Source: an uncultured Clostridia bacterium
Lineage (GTDB): Bacteria; Bacillota; Clostridia; Christensenellales; UBA1242
Assembly (NCBI GenBank): GCA_937896905.1
Contig: CALBOE010000006.1
Location: forward strand, 57,336-121,335
Direction of reading: 5' to 3'
DNA length: 64,000 bases
Positions 36,266-46,761 of the stretch are shown one piece after another. Each line of letters begins with the position of its first letter. Within the stretch, counting starts at the first letter, position 1. The notes under the pieces are model-generated. The model did not search any database, was not told the DNA's origin, and worked only from the letters and a program-made list of their open reading frames with translations. The position numbers and the translations under genes were made by a program.

Positions 36266-39200
36266 CTAAACTAATTCGCCCGTATTAATTGAATATATGT
36301 ACATATGCTCAACCGGCTTTTTAAACGCCTTTTCCACAGCCAGTTTATACAATTTAAGTTGTTCCATATATTTTTGCTTTAGTATTTTTGCAGGCAATGA
36401 GGAAAATTTATAGTCCACAATGTCAATGTAATTATCTTTTTCAATAATCAAATCCACAACACCTTGAACAAGCACTTTATCTGATATATTGCTATTAACA
36501 ATTTCGTTATATGGCACATAAAGCATAAACTCCGCTTCTTTTTTAATTGCCGTTGCGCCTTTTGCCAAAAGAGATAACGCCTCGTGAGCTTTTTGAATTT
36601 TATCATAATCCACATCGACAAAATCTGTGCATTTAACAAATGCGGCGGATAAATTCAACTGTTCTAGTGCGGAATGATAATGTGTTCCTACAAGCGCCCT
36701 ATCTTCTTCGGCGTTATATTGATTTTTGTGCGTTAACCATTCTTTTGTGTCGAACTTAACAGATTCTGCTTGTTTGCTGTTCAAACCAGTAACCGTATTT
36801 TTAAAAGGAATGCTAAATTTTTCAGCGTTGGCATAAACGAAATCTTTATTAACCCACTCAAAATTTTCGCTTTCCTCAGGTTGAATTAGCGAAACCTTTT
36901 CAGCACCATCAAGCAAGCATATTTTGCAATATTTAAAGTCGTTTTCGCCAAAATTTAAGCGATCTAAATAGCAACTTAAAATTAAGTTCGCAAAACTTGT
37001 GTTTTTAATTACTCTTTCTTCTAATATCTTTGGATTATATTGCCCCGTTATTATCAACTTGTTTTTAGCACGTGTTATTGCAACATACAAAAGGCGTAGC
37101 TCTTCTTTTGCTCCCTTTTCTATGTTTTTAAGTTTAATTGCAAATTGTGGAACACTGTTTTCTTTGGTTCTGTCGGCAGAATTAAAATAATCCACACCCA
37201 AACCAATATCTGCATTAAAATTAACTTCGTCCGTTTCCCGCAAATGTTGAAACATTTTGCTAGAATTAAACATAATAACAACCGGATATTCAAGCCCTTT
37301 ACTTTTGTGAATTGTTTGAATTGTAACACTGTTTTCAAGGTCTGCCTCAGCAAAATCTGCCCCGCGTGAAACATTGCTTTCAACAACTGCAATAAATTCT
37401 GCCAAACTTAAACCGCTTTCAACAGTAAGTTTTTTCAAAAACTCTTCTAATAAAGCAATTTCTTTTGCTCCGTTTTCGTGTGTTAACAAATAATATCTTA
37501 ATTGCTTTTCATTTAAAATATATCTAATAAGGTCACTATTAGATTTGGTGTAGGTTTTGGTTTTAATATCATTTAACGCGTCGAAACCTGCTTGAATTGC
37601 TGGATTGTTTATGTTTTCTTTCAAATTTTCAAACAACGTTTTATCCTTATTTCTAAATGAAACAAGTTCGTCCATCGTTAGTGGTGTTAACGCCATAAAA
37701 CACGCTAAATAGTCAACATCGTCTGCCAAATTTGCCACGCACTTTAAAATTGAAACAACCAATTTAATGCATTCGCTTTTATTCGTTTCCAATTTATTGT
37801 TAAGTTTAAGCGGAATTCCATTACTTCTTAATAAATCTATTAAAATTTTTGCACTTTCGTCCCTTTCCGAGCGAGATAGAATTGCAATATCGGCATAAGT
37901 TAATTCTCTTTCCGCTTTAAGGTTAGCGTCATAGAATTTTGTGCCAACAAGTTCGGTTATTTTTTTAAGCACCAAAAATGCTTCCAATTCCTTTGCCGTT
38001 GTTGCTTTTTCTGTTGCATCATTTTTAACGCTGTAAATTCCTTTTGCAAAAACGTCTTCCTTATCGGCAGCAACCAAAAGCATTTCTGTTTTATCGTCAA
38101 TAATATCAGTTCTTTTCGCATCTATAACACAATCTTTGGCATAGTCAATATCCGAAGCTTGCTTTGTCATAAGTTTAGAAAAAATTTCATTTGCAAATTC
38201 CATAATTTTTGGGTTAGAACGGAAATTAACATTCATATCAAACGCCGTTCCCAAATTAGAATTTTGCTTATAGGAATTATACTTTTTTATAAACCACTCT
38301 GGGCTTGAACCCCTAAATCCATAAATGGATTGTTTAACATCTCCAACTGTGAAAAGGTGTGCATTTTTGCCTACTAAACTAGACATCAATTTGTCTTGCA
38401 ACGGGTTAACGTCTTGATATTCATCAATGAATATATATTGATATTTCTCTTGAAGTTCTGCTTTAACCTTTTCGTTTTCTAAAAGTTTTAACATTAATCT
38501 ATTTAAATCATTAAAATCAATTAAATTATTTTTTTCTTTAATTAAATTATAATTTTTAATAAAAATTTTTAAAATTTCAATAAAATAATTAAAACATTCA
38601 ATTATTTTTGCATTTTTTTCATTAAAATTGAAATTAATTCCATTTTCTTGCAGATTAGTTTTATTTTCTAAAAATGCTTTTAATTGATCATTAATTTCTT
38701 TAAGCCCTTCGTTTTCTTTACATTCCTTTGCGCTAAATGTTGAACATTCAAAACTTTCCAACAACCTTAAATTATATTCCAAACTTGCATTTTGGTTAAA
38801 CTCATTTAACTTTTGAACGCATTCCGCAAGTTTGTTTTTAATGCTTTCCGAACAACTTGCACCAGAATATATAATCACTTCTTTTAACCGTCCAACCTCG
38901 TTTAAAATGTAATTGTTAACAACGTTTTGCGACCTAAATCCATTAACATATTCCTGCACCGATTGTTCCAAAAACTCTTCATACTTTTCAAGATTAACAA
39001 TGTTGAAATAGGTGTTTAAAATCATTTCTTGCAACTTATTAAAGTTTCTTGCATTGCCTCCAAAAAGGTCTAGCAAAACATTAATTTTATCCGCACTTTT
39101 GCCATATTCGTCCAGTGTTTTCTTCATGGCAATAGAAATATAATAATCCCTAGTTGTGTCGCTTATAATTTCTATGTTTGGCGATATGCCTAATTCGTAA

Positions 39201-39535
39201 AAATATTTCTTTATTGTTTTTGCACTAAAGCCATCTATTGTGTCTATGCTGGCAGTTTTAACTTGGTCTATTAAACTTAGAATATATGCCTTGTTTTGGG
39301 CCGTTTTCAACTCTTCATTAAGTTTTGCCACCAACCTATCTTTCATTTCTGTGCCAGCAAGAACTGTAAACGTAACCACCAAAAGTGAAGATATTGCAAC
39401 GTTCTCTTTAATTATTAGATTTGCAATTTTTTCAATCATAACAGTGGTTTTTCCACTGCCAGCACCAGCACTGACAAGTTGGTGGGAAGCGGTTGAATCT
39501 AAAATGTCTTGTTGTACTTTTTCAAACTTCTTCAT
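36266..39535 (-). CDS. addA: ATP-dependent helicase/nuclease subunit A
   Basis: 1089 aa. UvrD-type Walker A GAGSGKT. C-terminal RecB-type nuclease motif (GVVDLIIEKDNYIDIVDYK). Confidence 0.93.
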   Translation of the reverse strand: MKKFEKVQQDILDSTASHQLVSAGAGSGKTTVMIEKIANLIIKENVAISSLLVVTFTVLAGTEMKDRLVAKLNEELKTAQNKAYILSLIDQVKTASIDTIDGFSAKTIKKYFYELGISPNIEIISDTTRDYYISIAMKKTLDEYGKSADKINVLLDLFGGNARNFNKLQEMILNTYFNIVNLEKYEEFLEQSVQEYVNGFRSQNVVNNYILNEVGRLKEVIIYSGASCSESIKNKLAECVQKLNEFNQNASLEYNLRLLESFECSTFSAKECKENEGLKEINDQLKAFLENKTNLQENGINFNFNEKNAKIIECFNYFIEILKIFIKNYNLIKEKNNLIDFNDLNRLMLKLLENEKVKAELQEKYQYIFIDEYQDVNPLQDKLMSSLVGKNAHLFTVGDVKQSIYGFRGSSPEWFIKKYNSYKQNSNLGTAFDMNVNFRSNPKIMEFANEIFSKLMTKQASDIDYAKDCVIDAKRTDIIDDKTEMLLVAADKEDVFAKGIYSVKNDATEKATTAKELEAFLVLKKITELVGTKFYDANLKAERELTYADIAILSRSERDESAKILIDLLRSNGIPLKLNNKLETNKSECIKLVVSILKCVANLADDVDYLACFMALTPLTMDELVSFRNKDKTLFENLKENINNPAIQAGFDALNDIKTKTYTKSNSDLIRYILNEKQLRYYLLTHENGAKEIALLEEFLKKLTVESGLSLAEFIAVVESNVSRGADFAEADLENSVTIQTIHKSKGLEYPVVIMFNSSKMFQHLRETDEVNFNADIGLGVDYFNSADRTKENSVPQFAIKLKNIEKGAKEELRLLYVAITRAKNKLIITGQYNPKILEERVIKNTSFANLILSCYLDRLNFGENDFKYCKICLLDGAEKVSLIQPEESENFEWVNKDFVYANAEKFSIPFKNTVTGLNSKQAESVKFDTKEWLTHKNQYNAEEDRALVGTHYHSALEQLNLSAAFVKCTDFVDVDYDKIQKAHEALSLLAKGATAIKKEAEFMLYVPYNEIVNSNISDKVLVQGVVDLIIEKDNYIDIVDYKFSSLPAKILKQKYMEQLKLYKLAVEKAFKKPVEHMYIYSINTGELV

Positions 39536-42500
39536 TCTTCCTCTCCTTTAAAACTTTCTAAATTAACCTTATTTTCTTGCCTTAATTTAATGTTGTTGCA
39601 CGACTTTAAACAAATATGTGAATACGGGCAAAAGTTGCATGGTTCACTTACGCTCGATGGCGTTGGCTTAATGAAGCCGGATTTAATTTCATCAACTGCC
39701 AAAGCAGAAACGGCTTTAGAATATTCTTTTAAGTTGTGCATTTCTTTAAACTGCAGTTCTTTATATCCCTTTGTTTTTCTTGCTAACTTCGCGTTAGTTA
39801 GCGTAACATTAACAATATCGCTTTTATTTGTTGACGTTCCAAGCCGTGTGTCGAACGCTTGCAAAACTTTTTCATCTTGAACAAAGAACCCTTTTAGTGA
39901 ATATGGATTTTTGGGTTCTCTTCTATACTCATTATGCAGTGGCAAGTAAAACTGACCAGCAACATAGTTGTTACTAACATTTTCCATTGCGCAAGAATAT
40001 AAAAATAATTGCAACTTGTTTCCGTAATATAATTCCTTTAAACTTGCATCTGCCTTGCCGGATTTGTAATCCACAACACGCAAATAATCTTCAAATTTAT
40101 CCACCCTATCCACTTTGCCAACAAGATTAACGTTCCCCAAGTTTAAAGCAGTTTTGCCTTTAAATTCAAATTCAAACAAATGCGGTTTGAACGAAGAATT
40201 TTCGTCGATGTAATTTAGCCCATTAATCACCCTCACCGCCTCATCAATCAAAGCTATTAAAATTGGACTATTGACGTTTATCCTTAACCTATCGTTAGCA
40301 TCTACAAAGTTAAAAATCTGTGTGCGGCAAAAATCGTATATATCGCCAACCTGTTTTTTGCGTTTGTAATATTCAAACAAAATTTCATGCAAAATGTTAC
40401 CAACGTCTAACGACTGAATTTCTCCACTCAACCTTGGTTTAACTTTTAAAATGTTAGAAGCAAAATAATAGAATGGGCATTTAAAATAACTTTCTAGCTG
40501 AGAGGCAGAAATTGTTTTCATATTTTCATAAATAATTAAATTGTCTTTAGAAATATTAGAAAAATCTTTTTTAATTAAAATATTGTTTAAAATTTCATTT
40601 TTATTTAAATTATTTAATGAAAAATTGCAAATTTTTGCTATATTTTGATTATTTTTTAAATTTTTACAAGCATTTTCAATAAAATCATTTTTGCTTAACA
40701 ATTTATACTCACCCAAATTAAACGCATTAATTGGAACTAAATTAACTTTTTTCCCAGCAATTTCAACTTGAATTTTATTAATAAATTCTCTTATTAATTC
40801 GCTTGGAATTTTGCTGTAAGTTACAGTTAAAGAATCATTAAACATTAACGCCGTGTTAAACAATCTTAGTTTGCTTAAACTGTTTATATGTGCAATTGTT
40901 GGCGAAAGCTTATTTTTAAAGTTAAGTTCTGGAATTTCTGTGTCTAAAATAATTCCGCAATCGAATTTTAAACTTGGTGCAACATCTGCATTGCAACCAA
41001 CCAGATACAACCTACTAAAAATTTCACTAAAACTATCCGCGTCCACCACTTTAACTGCGTCTAAAGTTAGTGGCAAATTATTAATACTAACAACGCTAGA
41101 AATATGCGAATAAATGTCATAAATCTCTGCAAGACCAGCAAAAGGATAAAATTTTTCAATTTCGTCTAGCAAACTGAATACTGCTTCTTTACTTTTACTT
41201 AAAAGTAACCGCTCGGCTATGTGCACGTGTTGCGATAAGTTCTCTAAAACTTCGTCAAACTTAATTTGCTGATTTGCAGATATTAGCATTTGCTTTATAT
41301 TGGTGGCAGAAATGTCTTTATCCATAATGAACAAATCAACAAAATCTAATAGTTGTTGTTTTGCCTCTTCTAGTTCAGAGCCCAAATTAAAATCCCTTGA
41401 AATTTTGCCTTTAAAGTTCATTAAGGTGAATTTTTCTATAAGTTTGGTTTTTAACTCGTTTTCCATTGCAAAAAATGGAGAGTTAATAATGTCCACCAAA
41501 TGCACAAGATTATAGTTTTCTAAATTAAATTTAAACACAGTTAGCAAAAATTTATAAAAAATACTGTTTGAAAGTGAAAAAGGCACGTCAAAATATGCAT
41601 TTATTTCGTATTTGTTAAAAATTTCTTTAATTTTTTCTATTTTGTTTTCCAACCCGTAAACTGCAACGCCATAATTGGAATAATTTTTTCCTTGCAAAAT
41701 TCCCGCCCGAATTTCCCTTGCAACAAACTCCAATTCGTCAGCATCATCTTTGGCTGAATATATTTTTATTGTTTCTTTATTTAAGCAGAATGTTGAATTC
41801 TCTATTCCAAATAGATTAGTTTGCAAAAATGTTTTTAATTCGCTGTTGGTAGGATTTGCATATTCGACCTTAAACTCCAATTCGTTTACATACGCAATGT
41901 TTTTAAGTTGTTCATAAATTTCGGCATTAAAAATGTGCTTGTTTGCCCCATTACCCCAACAAGTTAAAATGTTAACATTGTTGTTGAATGCAAGTCGTTC
42001 AATAATTGCATATTCGATTGCTGTAAAATCGTCAAACCCAACAAATAAAATAGTTTTGTTAAAATGCACTTTTTCAACAGTTAGCGCAGACATTAAAAAT
42101 AAATCGAAACTATCTAAAAGCCCCGCCTTTCCATTTTCATACTCCTCGAAAATTAGTGCCAAATCTGCAATTTTATCGTTTAACTGTTGATTGACACTTT
42201 TAAATGTGCTCATTTCTTGCCATGTTATTTTGCTAGCTTTAAGTTGCGCTATAGTTTTATAAATGTTTTCGGCATAACTAAAAGAATAAGCCTTGCTTTT
42301 TAACGCCTTTAAATTGTTAATGTTTTCGGTTAAAATTTTATGAATTAGCACAATGCTTCCAACTTTGGAAATTTGACTATCCTTTCCAATCTGATTGCTT
42401 CTTTTTGCAAATCTGTTTAAAGTGCTTACTTTAATGTTAAAACTGCACTCTAACTGCATTTGTTCAAACAAAAATTTTTCCATAAACAAACTAAGTTTGT

Positions 42501-42603
42501 CTGGAACAACAATTTCAATCTTTTCTTTTTCGTGCTTTTGGCAAAACTCAACCGCTTGCATTAACCCTGCATTAAAAGAGGGAACATTAATTAATTTTAT
42601 CAT
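39532..42603 (-). CDS. addB: ATP-dependent helicase/nuclease subunit B
   Basis: 1023 aa. C-terminal nuclease motif (GKVDRVD...VVDYKSGK) flanked by Fe-S Cys residues (CPFYYF ... CNFCPYSHIC). 4-nt overlap with addA. Confidence 0.9.
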   Translation of the reverse strand: MIKLINVPSFNAGLMQAVEFCQKHEKEKIEIVVPDKLSLFMEKFLFEQMQLECSFNIKVSTLNRFAKRSNQIGKDSQISKVGSIVLIHKILTENINNLKALKSKAYSFSYAENIYKTIAQLKASKITWQEMSTFKSVNQQLNDKIADLALIFEEYENGKAGLLDSFDLFLMSALTVEKVHFNKTILFVGFDDFTAIEYAIIERLAFNNNVNILTCWGNGANKHIFNAEIYEQLKNIAYVNELEFKVEYANPTNSELKTFLQTNLFGIENSTFCLNKETIKIYSAKDDADELEFVAREIRAGILQGKNYSNYGVAVYGLENKIEKIKEIFNKYEINAYFDVPFSLSNSIFYKFLLTVFKFNLENYNLVHLVDIINSPFFAMENELKTKLIEKFTLMNFKGKISRDFNLGSELEEAKQQLLDFVDLFIMDKDISATNIKQMLISANQQIKFDEVLENLSQHVHIAERLLLSKSKEAVFSLLDEIEKFYPFAGLAEIYDIYSHISSVVSINNLPLTLDAVKVVDADSFSEIFSRLYLVGCNADVAPSLKFDCGIILDTEIPELNFKNKLSPTIAHINSLSKLRLFNTALMFNDSLTVTYSKIPSELIREFINKIQVEIAGKKVNLVPINAFNLGEYKLLSKNDFIENACKNLKNNQNIAKICNFSLNNLNKNEILNNILIKKDFSNISKDNLIIYENMKTISASQLESYFKCPFYYFASNILKVKPRLSGEIQSLDVGNILHEILFEYYKRKKQVGDIYDFCRTQIFNFVDANDRLRINVNSPILIALIDEAVRVINGLNYIDENSSFKPHLFEFEFKGKTALNLGNVNLVGKVDRVDKFEDYLRVVDYKSGKADASLKELYYGNKLQLFLYSCAMENVSNNYVAGQFYLPLHNEYRREPKNPYSLKGFFVQDEKVLQAFDTRLGTSTNKSDIVNVTLTNAKLARKTKGYKELQFKEMHNLKEYSKAVSALAVDEIKSGFIKPTPSSVSEPCNFCPYSHICLKSCNNIKLRQENKVNLESFKGEEE

Positions 42604-42638
42604 ATAAGCATATTAACACATTTAACTTAATTTGGCAA
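42604..42638 (-). promoter_or_regulatory. Leaderless-layout promoter of addB-addA
   Basis: TTGCCA (42638-42633), 17-nt spacer, TAATAT (42615-42610), 6 nt, ATG at 42603. Confidence 0.55.
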
Positions 42639-42704
42639 TAGAATAAATTTTAACTTTGAGGATAATATTTAATGTTTCGCACATAATACAATTGGAGGTG
42701 CTAG

Positions 42705-42869
42705 ATGTCTAACAGTAAACAATGGAGACCGGGCGAAACCGTTCCAGAAAGCGCAACTTATGTCGCTTTCGACCGTCAAGGACACAATGGTGGCAGCCTT
42801 TACCTAGAAAAAGGTAAAAGATTTCCAGCCACACAATCGTCTGGTAGCTATTACACATTAGGTGAATAG
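42705..42869 (+). CDS. YjzC-like small protein (54 aa), absent from the ORF track
   Basis: GGAGGTG RBS at 42694-42700. MSNSKQWRPGETVPESATYVAFDRQGHNGGSLYLEKGKRFPATQSSGSYYTLGE resembles the YjzC family pattern (PG..P..G.Y.......G....L..G..FP.T). Followed by a strong terminator. Confidence 0.7.
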   Translation: MSNSKQWRPGETVPESATYVAFDRQGHNGGSLYLEKGKRFPATQSSGSYYTLGE

Positions 42870-42890
42870 TACTAGCCCGCTTGGGCAACC

Positions 42891-42919
42891 AAAAAACCGC
42901 TGATTCCAGCGGTTTTTTT
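42891..42919. terminator. Terminator after the YjzC-like gene
   Basis: aaccgctg-attc-cagcggtt stem with flanking A6 and T7 runs. Confidence 0.85.
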
Positions 42920-42984
42920 ATGGTATTTTGACTTTATTAACCATTTATTTAATAACTTTTTACGGTGACGGTTTATGCATTTTT

Positions 42985-44067
42985 TTATTGTATAAGTTCA
43001 TTAATTCTTCCGCCACCAAAGCATTTGCCATCTTCGTCATATAAAACCGCAAACTGCCCAATTGTAACTGCCCTTTGCCTGCTGTTAAACGTTAATTTTA
43101 AGGTGTTTTCGTTTAAAACTTCAACTTTTGTTGCCTGATCTGGCTGACGATAACGGAGTTTAACGTTGCAATTAAATTCTTCTGTTAGTTTGTCGGTTAT
43201 CCAATTAAATTCTGTAACAATGCAACCAGAAGAATACATTTCTTCACATTCTCCACAGTTTACATACAAAATATTCTTTTGAATATCCTTTTTAACAACA
43301 AACCAACGGTCTGCCTCATAACCATTTTTGCCACCCAAATTTAAGCCTCGGCGCTGACCAATTGTGTAGTACATTGCGCCATCGTGAACACCAATTGTGT
43401 TGCCAGAAAGATCTTTAATTTCGCCCTTTTGTGCTGGAAGAAAGTTCTTTAAAAATTTTCTAAAATCTCTTTCACCAATAAAACATATTCCTGTGCTATC
43501 TTTCTTTTCGGCCGTTATTAATCCTAGTTCCTTTGCAATTTTTCTAACTTCGGTTTTGTCTATGCCCGCAAGCGGGAACAAGGTTTTTGAAAGCTGCTCT
43601 TGGTTAAGTTGGTTTAAAAAATATGTTTGGTCCTTATTTTTATCGAATGATTTATATAAATACACCTTTCCATCTTTATCCACACGTTTGCAGTAGTGCC
43701 CTGTTGCAATGTAATCCGCACCCAATTCCATGGCATGTTTTAAAAATGGACCGAATTTAATTTCTTTATTGCACATAACATCGGGGTTTGGAGTGTAACC
43801 TTTGCTGTATTCTTCAAGGAAATAACTAAACACTCGCTCCTTATATTCCTTTGCATAGTTAACTGTGTAATATGGTATTCCAATTTTGTTGGCAACTCGT
43901 TTAATGTCTTCAAAGTCTTGCTCGGCTGTGCAAGCGCCAGTTTCGTCTTGCTCTTCCCAATTAAGCATAAACAAACCAACAACGTTATAACCTTGCTTTT
44001 TTAATAGATATGCTGCAACGGAAGAATCTACCCCGCCGCTTAATCCAACAACAACTGTTTTGCTCAT
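42985..44067 (-). CDS. mnmA: tRNA 2-thiouridine(34) synthase
   Basis: PP-loop GLSGGVDSSVAA and conserved catalytic Cys. 360 aa. Confidence 0.95.
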   Translation of the reverse strand: MSKTVVVGLSGGVDSSVAAYLLKKQGYNVVGLFMLNWEEQDETGACTAEQDFEDIKRVANKIGIPYYTVNYAKEYKERVFSYFLEEYSKGYTPNPDVMCNKEIKFGPFLKHAMELGADYIATGHYCKRVDKDGKVYLYKSFDKNKDQTYFLNQLNQEQLSKTLFPLAGIDKTEVRKIAKELGLITAEKKDSTGICFIGERDFRKFLKNFLPAQKGEIKDLSGNTIGVHDGAMYYTIGQRRGLNLGGKNGYEADRWFVVKKDIQKNILYVNCGECEEMYSSGCIVTEFNWITDKLTEEFNCNVKLRYRQPDQATKVEVLNENTLKLTFNSRQRAVTIGQFAVLYDEDGKCFGGGRINELIQ

Positions 44068-44076
44068 ACTCCTCCT

Positions 44077-44553
44077 TTATTTCAATTCCCTGCTAACGGG
44101 AATTTTAAACTTATTAAACATTATGTTAAACACATCAATAATCCACATAACTGTAACAACTGCCCAAACAAGCACCGCCACCATAAAAATTTGCCACAAA
44201 TCTCCGCTTGGCAGAAAATTTAAGGTTGACGTAATAACTGTGTAAATCACACCAACAATGCAAAAAACGCTATATAGAATACCCTTTCCTGTTCTTCCAA
44301 CTCTGTATAAATGCGCACCTGTGTATCCTAAAAAAATTGCCAAAGCAAGCAATGCAAATTTATTAACATCTGTTGGGCAACCTTTCCTATACAACACCCT
44401 TTCCTTTTCGCCTTGTCGCAATGCTTTTTTGCCTTCTAAATTGGTTGCGGAATTAAACTTTTGAAAGTTTAGTTGGCAAGAAGGGCAAACAACAGTTTCT
44501 TGCGAAAGCTTTAAATTGCATCTTGGGCAATGTTTGTTTTTGGCTTTTATCAT
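44077..44553 (-). CDS. Zinc-ribbon plus TM2-domain membrane protein
   Basis: CPRC...CPSC zinc ribbon. TM2-like LALAIFLGYTGAHLYRVGRTGKGILY. ATG 44553 chosen because a consensus promoter ends 6 nt upstream; the track GTG at 44571 lies inside that promoter. Confidence 0.8.
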   Translation of the reverse strand: MIKAKNKHCPRCNLKLSQETVVCPSCQLNFQKFNSATNLEGKKALRQGEKERVLYRKGCPTDVNKFALLALAIFLGYTGAHLYRVGRTGKGILYSVFCIVGVIYTVITSTLNFLPSGDLWQIFMVAVLVWAVVTVMWIIDVFNIMFNKFKIPVSRELK

Positions 44554-44588
44554 ACACTTAGTATAGCACACAAACAGAAATTTGTAAA
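44554..44588 (-). promoter_or_regulatory. Leaderless-layout promoter of the TM2-domain gene and mnmA
   Basis: TTTACA (44588-44583), 17-nt spacer, TATACT (44565-44560), 6 nt, ATG at 44553. Confidence 0.55.
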
Positions 44589-44671
44589 TATTAAATGTTT
44601 TAACTTAACAAAATTATAAATTTTGCTAGATTTTTTTTAATATTTTATATACAATAATTTTAGGAGCGATT

Positions 44672-45097
44672 ATGATTTATATAACTTGTGACCATGGTGG
44701 GTTTGACTATGCCCAAAAATTAATGAAATACTTTAACTCGCAAAAAATTGAATATAGATATATGGGGCCAAAAGAATATGACAAAGACGACGACTATCCA
44801 GATTTTGTTTTCCCAGCCTGTAAGGAAATTTTAAAAGACGAAAAACATTGTGGAATTTTCTTTTGCGGAAGTGGAATTGGCGTTAATATGGTTGCAAATC
44901 GCCACAAAGGAATTCGCGCCGTTAATGCTCAGGATTACGCCACAGCATTTTTGGCACGAAAAGACGAGGACGCAAATGTGTTAACACTGGGTGCGCGCCT
45001 TGTTAGTTTTAGAACAGCTTTAAAAATTATTAAGGTGTTTTTAACCAGCGAATTCGAGGGCGGACGACACATTCGCCGTTTAAATAAATACAACTAA
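44672..45097 (+). CDS. rpiB: Ribose-5-phosphate isomerase B
   Basis: 141 aa of the RpiB/LacA/LacB family (CGSGIGVNMVANRHKGIRA). Confidence 0.92.
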   Translation: MIYITCDHGGFDYAQKLMKYFNSQKIEYRYMGPKEYDKDDDYPDFVFPACKEILKDEKHCGIFFCGSGIGVNMVANRHKGIRAVNAQDYATAFLARKDEDANVLTLGARLVSFRTALKIIKVFLTSEFEGGRHIRRLNKYN

Positions 45098-45957
45098 AAT
45101 TTAGGTGTATATTTCGAGTTTGCGCTAGATAAGTCTTGCGTAAAACAATTATTCATTTTTAAATTTAATGCGTGATTAATCACTCTTTTATATTCCAAAG
45201 GAGTGATTTTTCTGTTTATTTCTGGGTGATTAATTGCATCGTATCTTGGCTCGTACTGGCTCATAATGCTAACAATGGTGTTCTGCCCCAAGTTATTGTA
45301 AATCCAATTTAAACATTCAATGCTGTCGCTTGTGTGAGTGGGCAAAATAAGATGCCTAACAATAACTCCCTTTTTCATATATCCATTTTCCACAACATCT
45401 TTTGGTTGCAGTTGTTTCATTTGTAAAATTGCAGAATGCGCCGTTTCCACATAGTTTGGAGCTTTGCTATATTTCCCTGCTAATTCATTGCTTGAATATT
45501 TTAAATCCACCAAAAAAACGTCTACCAAACCTCGCAGTTTGCTTATAGTTTCTGCAGATTCGTAGCCACTAGAATTCCACACAACGGGGATTTGCGGCTT
45601 ATAGATAATTAACGCTTTAATAATTTGGTTAGAAAAGTGTGTTGGAGTTACAAGATTAATGTTTAACGCGCCCTTTTTTTCCAACCTTTTAAAAATGTTT
45701 GCCAACTTTTTAACTGAAATAACTTTACCTTTGTTTTTGTGGCTTATTGGATAGTTTTGGCAAAAAACACATTTAAGGTTGCACCCAGCAAAAAAAATTG
45801 CACCACTGCCTTTATCTTGGCACGCGCCACTTATGGTTGGCTCTTCGTACTGATGAAACATAACTTTGCTTATGCGAATTTTTCCGTTTTGCCCGCAAAA
45901 CCCTTTTTGCGAACTTCTATCTATTGCACATTTTCTAGGACAAACCTCACAATTCAT
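45094..45957 (-). CDS. Radical SAM protein, pyruvate-formate-lyase-activase-like (PflX type)
   Basis: CNLKCVFCQN is a CX3CX2C motif. 287 aa. Confidence 0.85.
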   Translation of the reverse strand: MNCEVCPRKCAIDRSSQKGFCGQNGKIRISKVMFHQYEEPTISGACQDKGSGAIFFAGCNLKCVFCQNYPISHKNKGKVISVKKLANIFKRLEKKGALNINLVTPTHFSNQIIKALIIYKPQIPVVWNSSGYESAETISKLRGLVDVFLVDLKYSSNELAGKYSKAPNYVETAHSAILQMKQLQPKDVVENGYMKKGVIVRHLILPTHTSDSIECLNWIYNNLGQNTIVSIMSQYEPRYDAINHPEINRKITPLEYKRVINHALNLKMNNCFTQDLSSANSKYTPKF

Positions 45958-45992
45958 ACTGCTAGTTTAGAAAATTTGGCTAAATTTGTCAA
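45958..45992 (-). promoter_or_regulatory. Leaderless-layout promoter of the PflX-like gene
   Basis: TTGACA (45992-45987), 17-nt spacer, TAAACT (45969-45964), 6 nt, ATG at 45957. Confidence 0.6.
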
Positions 45993-46042
45993 CCTGTTGT
46001 TCTAAATGAAAGGACAAGCAAATAGATTATTTTGAGGTATTT

Positions 46043-46729
46043 ATGAAAAAGAAAATATTTTTATCTTTATTAATTGGCATTTGCCTAATAGGGTTTACTG
46101 GCTGCGGAAATGCAAAAGTGGATTTAAACAACTGCCTAATTGAAGAACGCAACAACCTATTCACGGCTCAGGACGAACTATACTGCGCAACGTTTTCGTC
46201 TGGAAAGCGGGAAGAAAACTATGCCCTAGACGGAATTGTTAACAATAAAACAGATTTTGGCATTATCTCTTTTGCCAGGTTAGACAGAAACCCCATGACT
46301 AACGACAACTACACATACGTTGTTAAAATTAACGACCAAACCTTCACAGGATTTTTAGAAAAAAGCACCGTGGACAATTCTTGCTCTGCCGACCTTGCCT
46401 TTGCCGCACCCGACACTGCCACCATTTCTGTTCAAGTTTCCTTCACAGGATACACGTTTAACAAGGAATTAATGAACACATCTAACAACTTTGCCGTTGA
46501 CAAAACAACTGCCATAAACATTGCCAACAAAGAATTAAAAAACGAACTAAAAAACCTAACCAGCAACAAAAACAACAAAATTGAAGCCGTTATGAAAGTT
46601 TTAAAAGATTATTCCGCTGGCGAAGTTAAAAATTATTATTGGTACGTTGGCGTTGTTTCCACCAATGGCGACACATTGGGCGTTCTAATTAACGCGCTAA
46701 ACGGCGAAGTTACTGCAAAAAAGGTTTAA
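46043..46729 (+). CDS. Putative lipoprotein
   Basis: Signal peptide with lipobox LIGFTGC. C-terminal PepSY-like segment. Bidirectional terminator at 46733-46763. Confidence 0.65.
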   Translation: MKKKIFLSLLIGICLIGFTGCGNAKVDLNNCLIEERNNLFTAQDELYCATFSSGKREENYALDGIVNNKTDFGIISFARLDRNPMTNDNYTYVVKINDQTFTGFLEKSTVDNSCSADLAFAAPDTATISVQVSFTGYTFNKELMNTSNNFAVDKTTAINIANKELKNELKNLTSNKNNKIEAVMKVLKDYSAGEVKNYYWYVGVVSTNGDTLGVLINALNGEVTAKKV

Positions 46730-46761
46730 ATTAAAAAAGCTCACCTGATTAGGTGAGTTTT

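Noticed and set aside
35987-36274. 95-aa plus-strand ORF between the 43-bp repeat array and addA (possible internal start MAKHL at 36070).
   Set aside because: Its 5' half is encoded by the repeats, no RBS precedes any ATG, and it overlaps the addA stop. The ~200-bp distal part has protein-like composition, so a gene remnant or small gene cannot be excluded. I left it unannotated.
42601-42620. Similarity between the addB upstream sequence (ataagcatatta...) and the 43-bp repeat unit downstream of addA, which would suggest repeats flanking the addAB operon.
   Set aside because: The match is only ~11 nt and AT-rich, and it coincides with the addB -10 region. Similarity does not extend once aligned.
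45094-45097. 4-nt overlap of the convergent rpiB and PflX-like radical-SAM stops, considered as a sign of a functional pairing.
   Set aside because: Convergent stop overlap (cTAAa read on both strands) is common in compact genomes. There is no other evidence of linkage.
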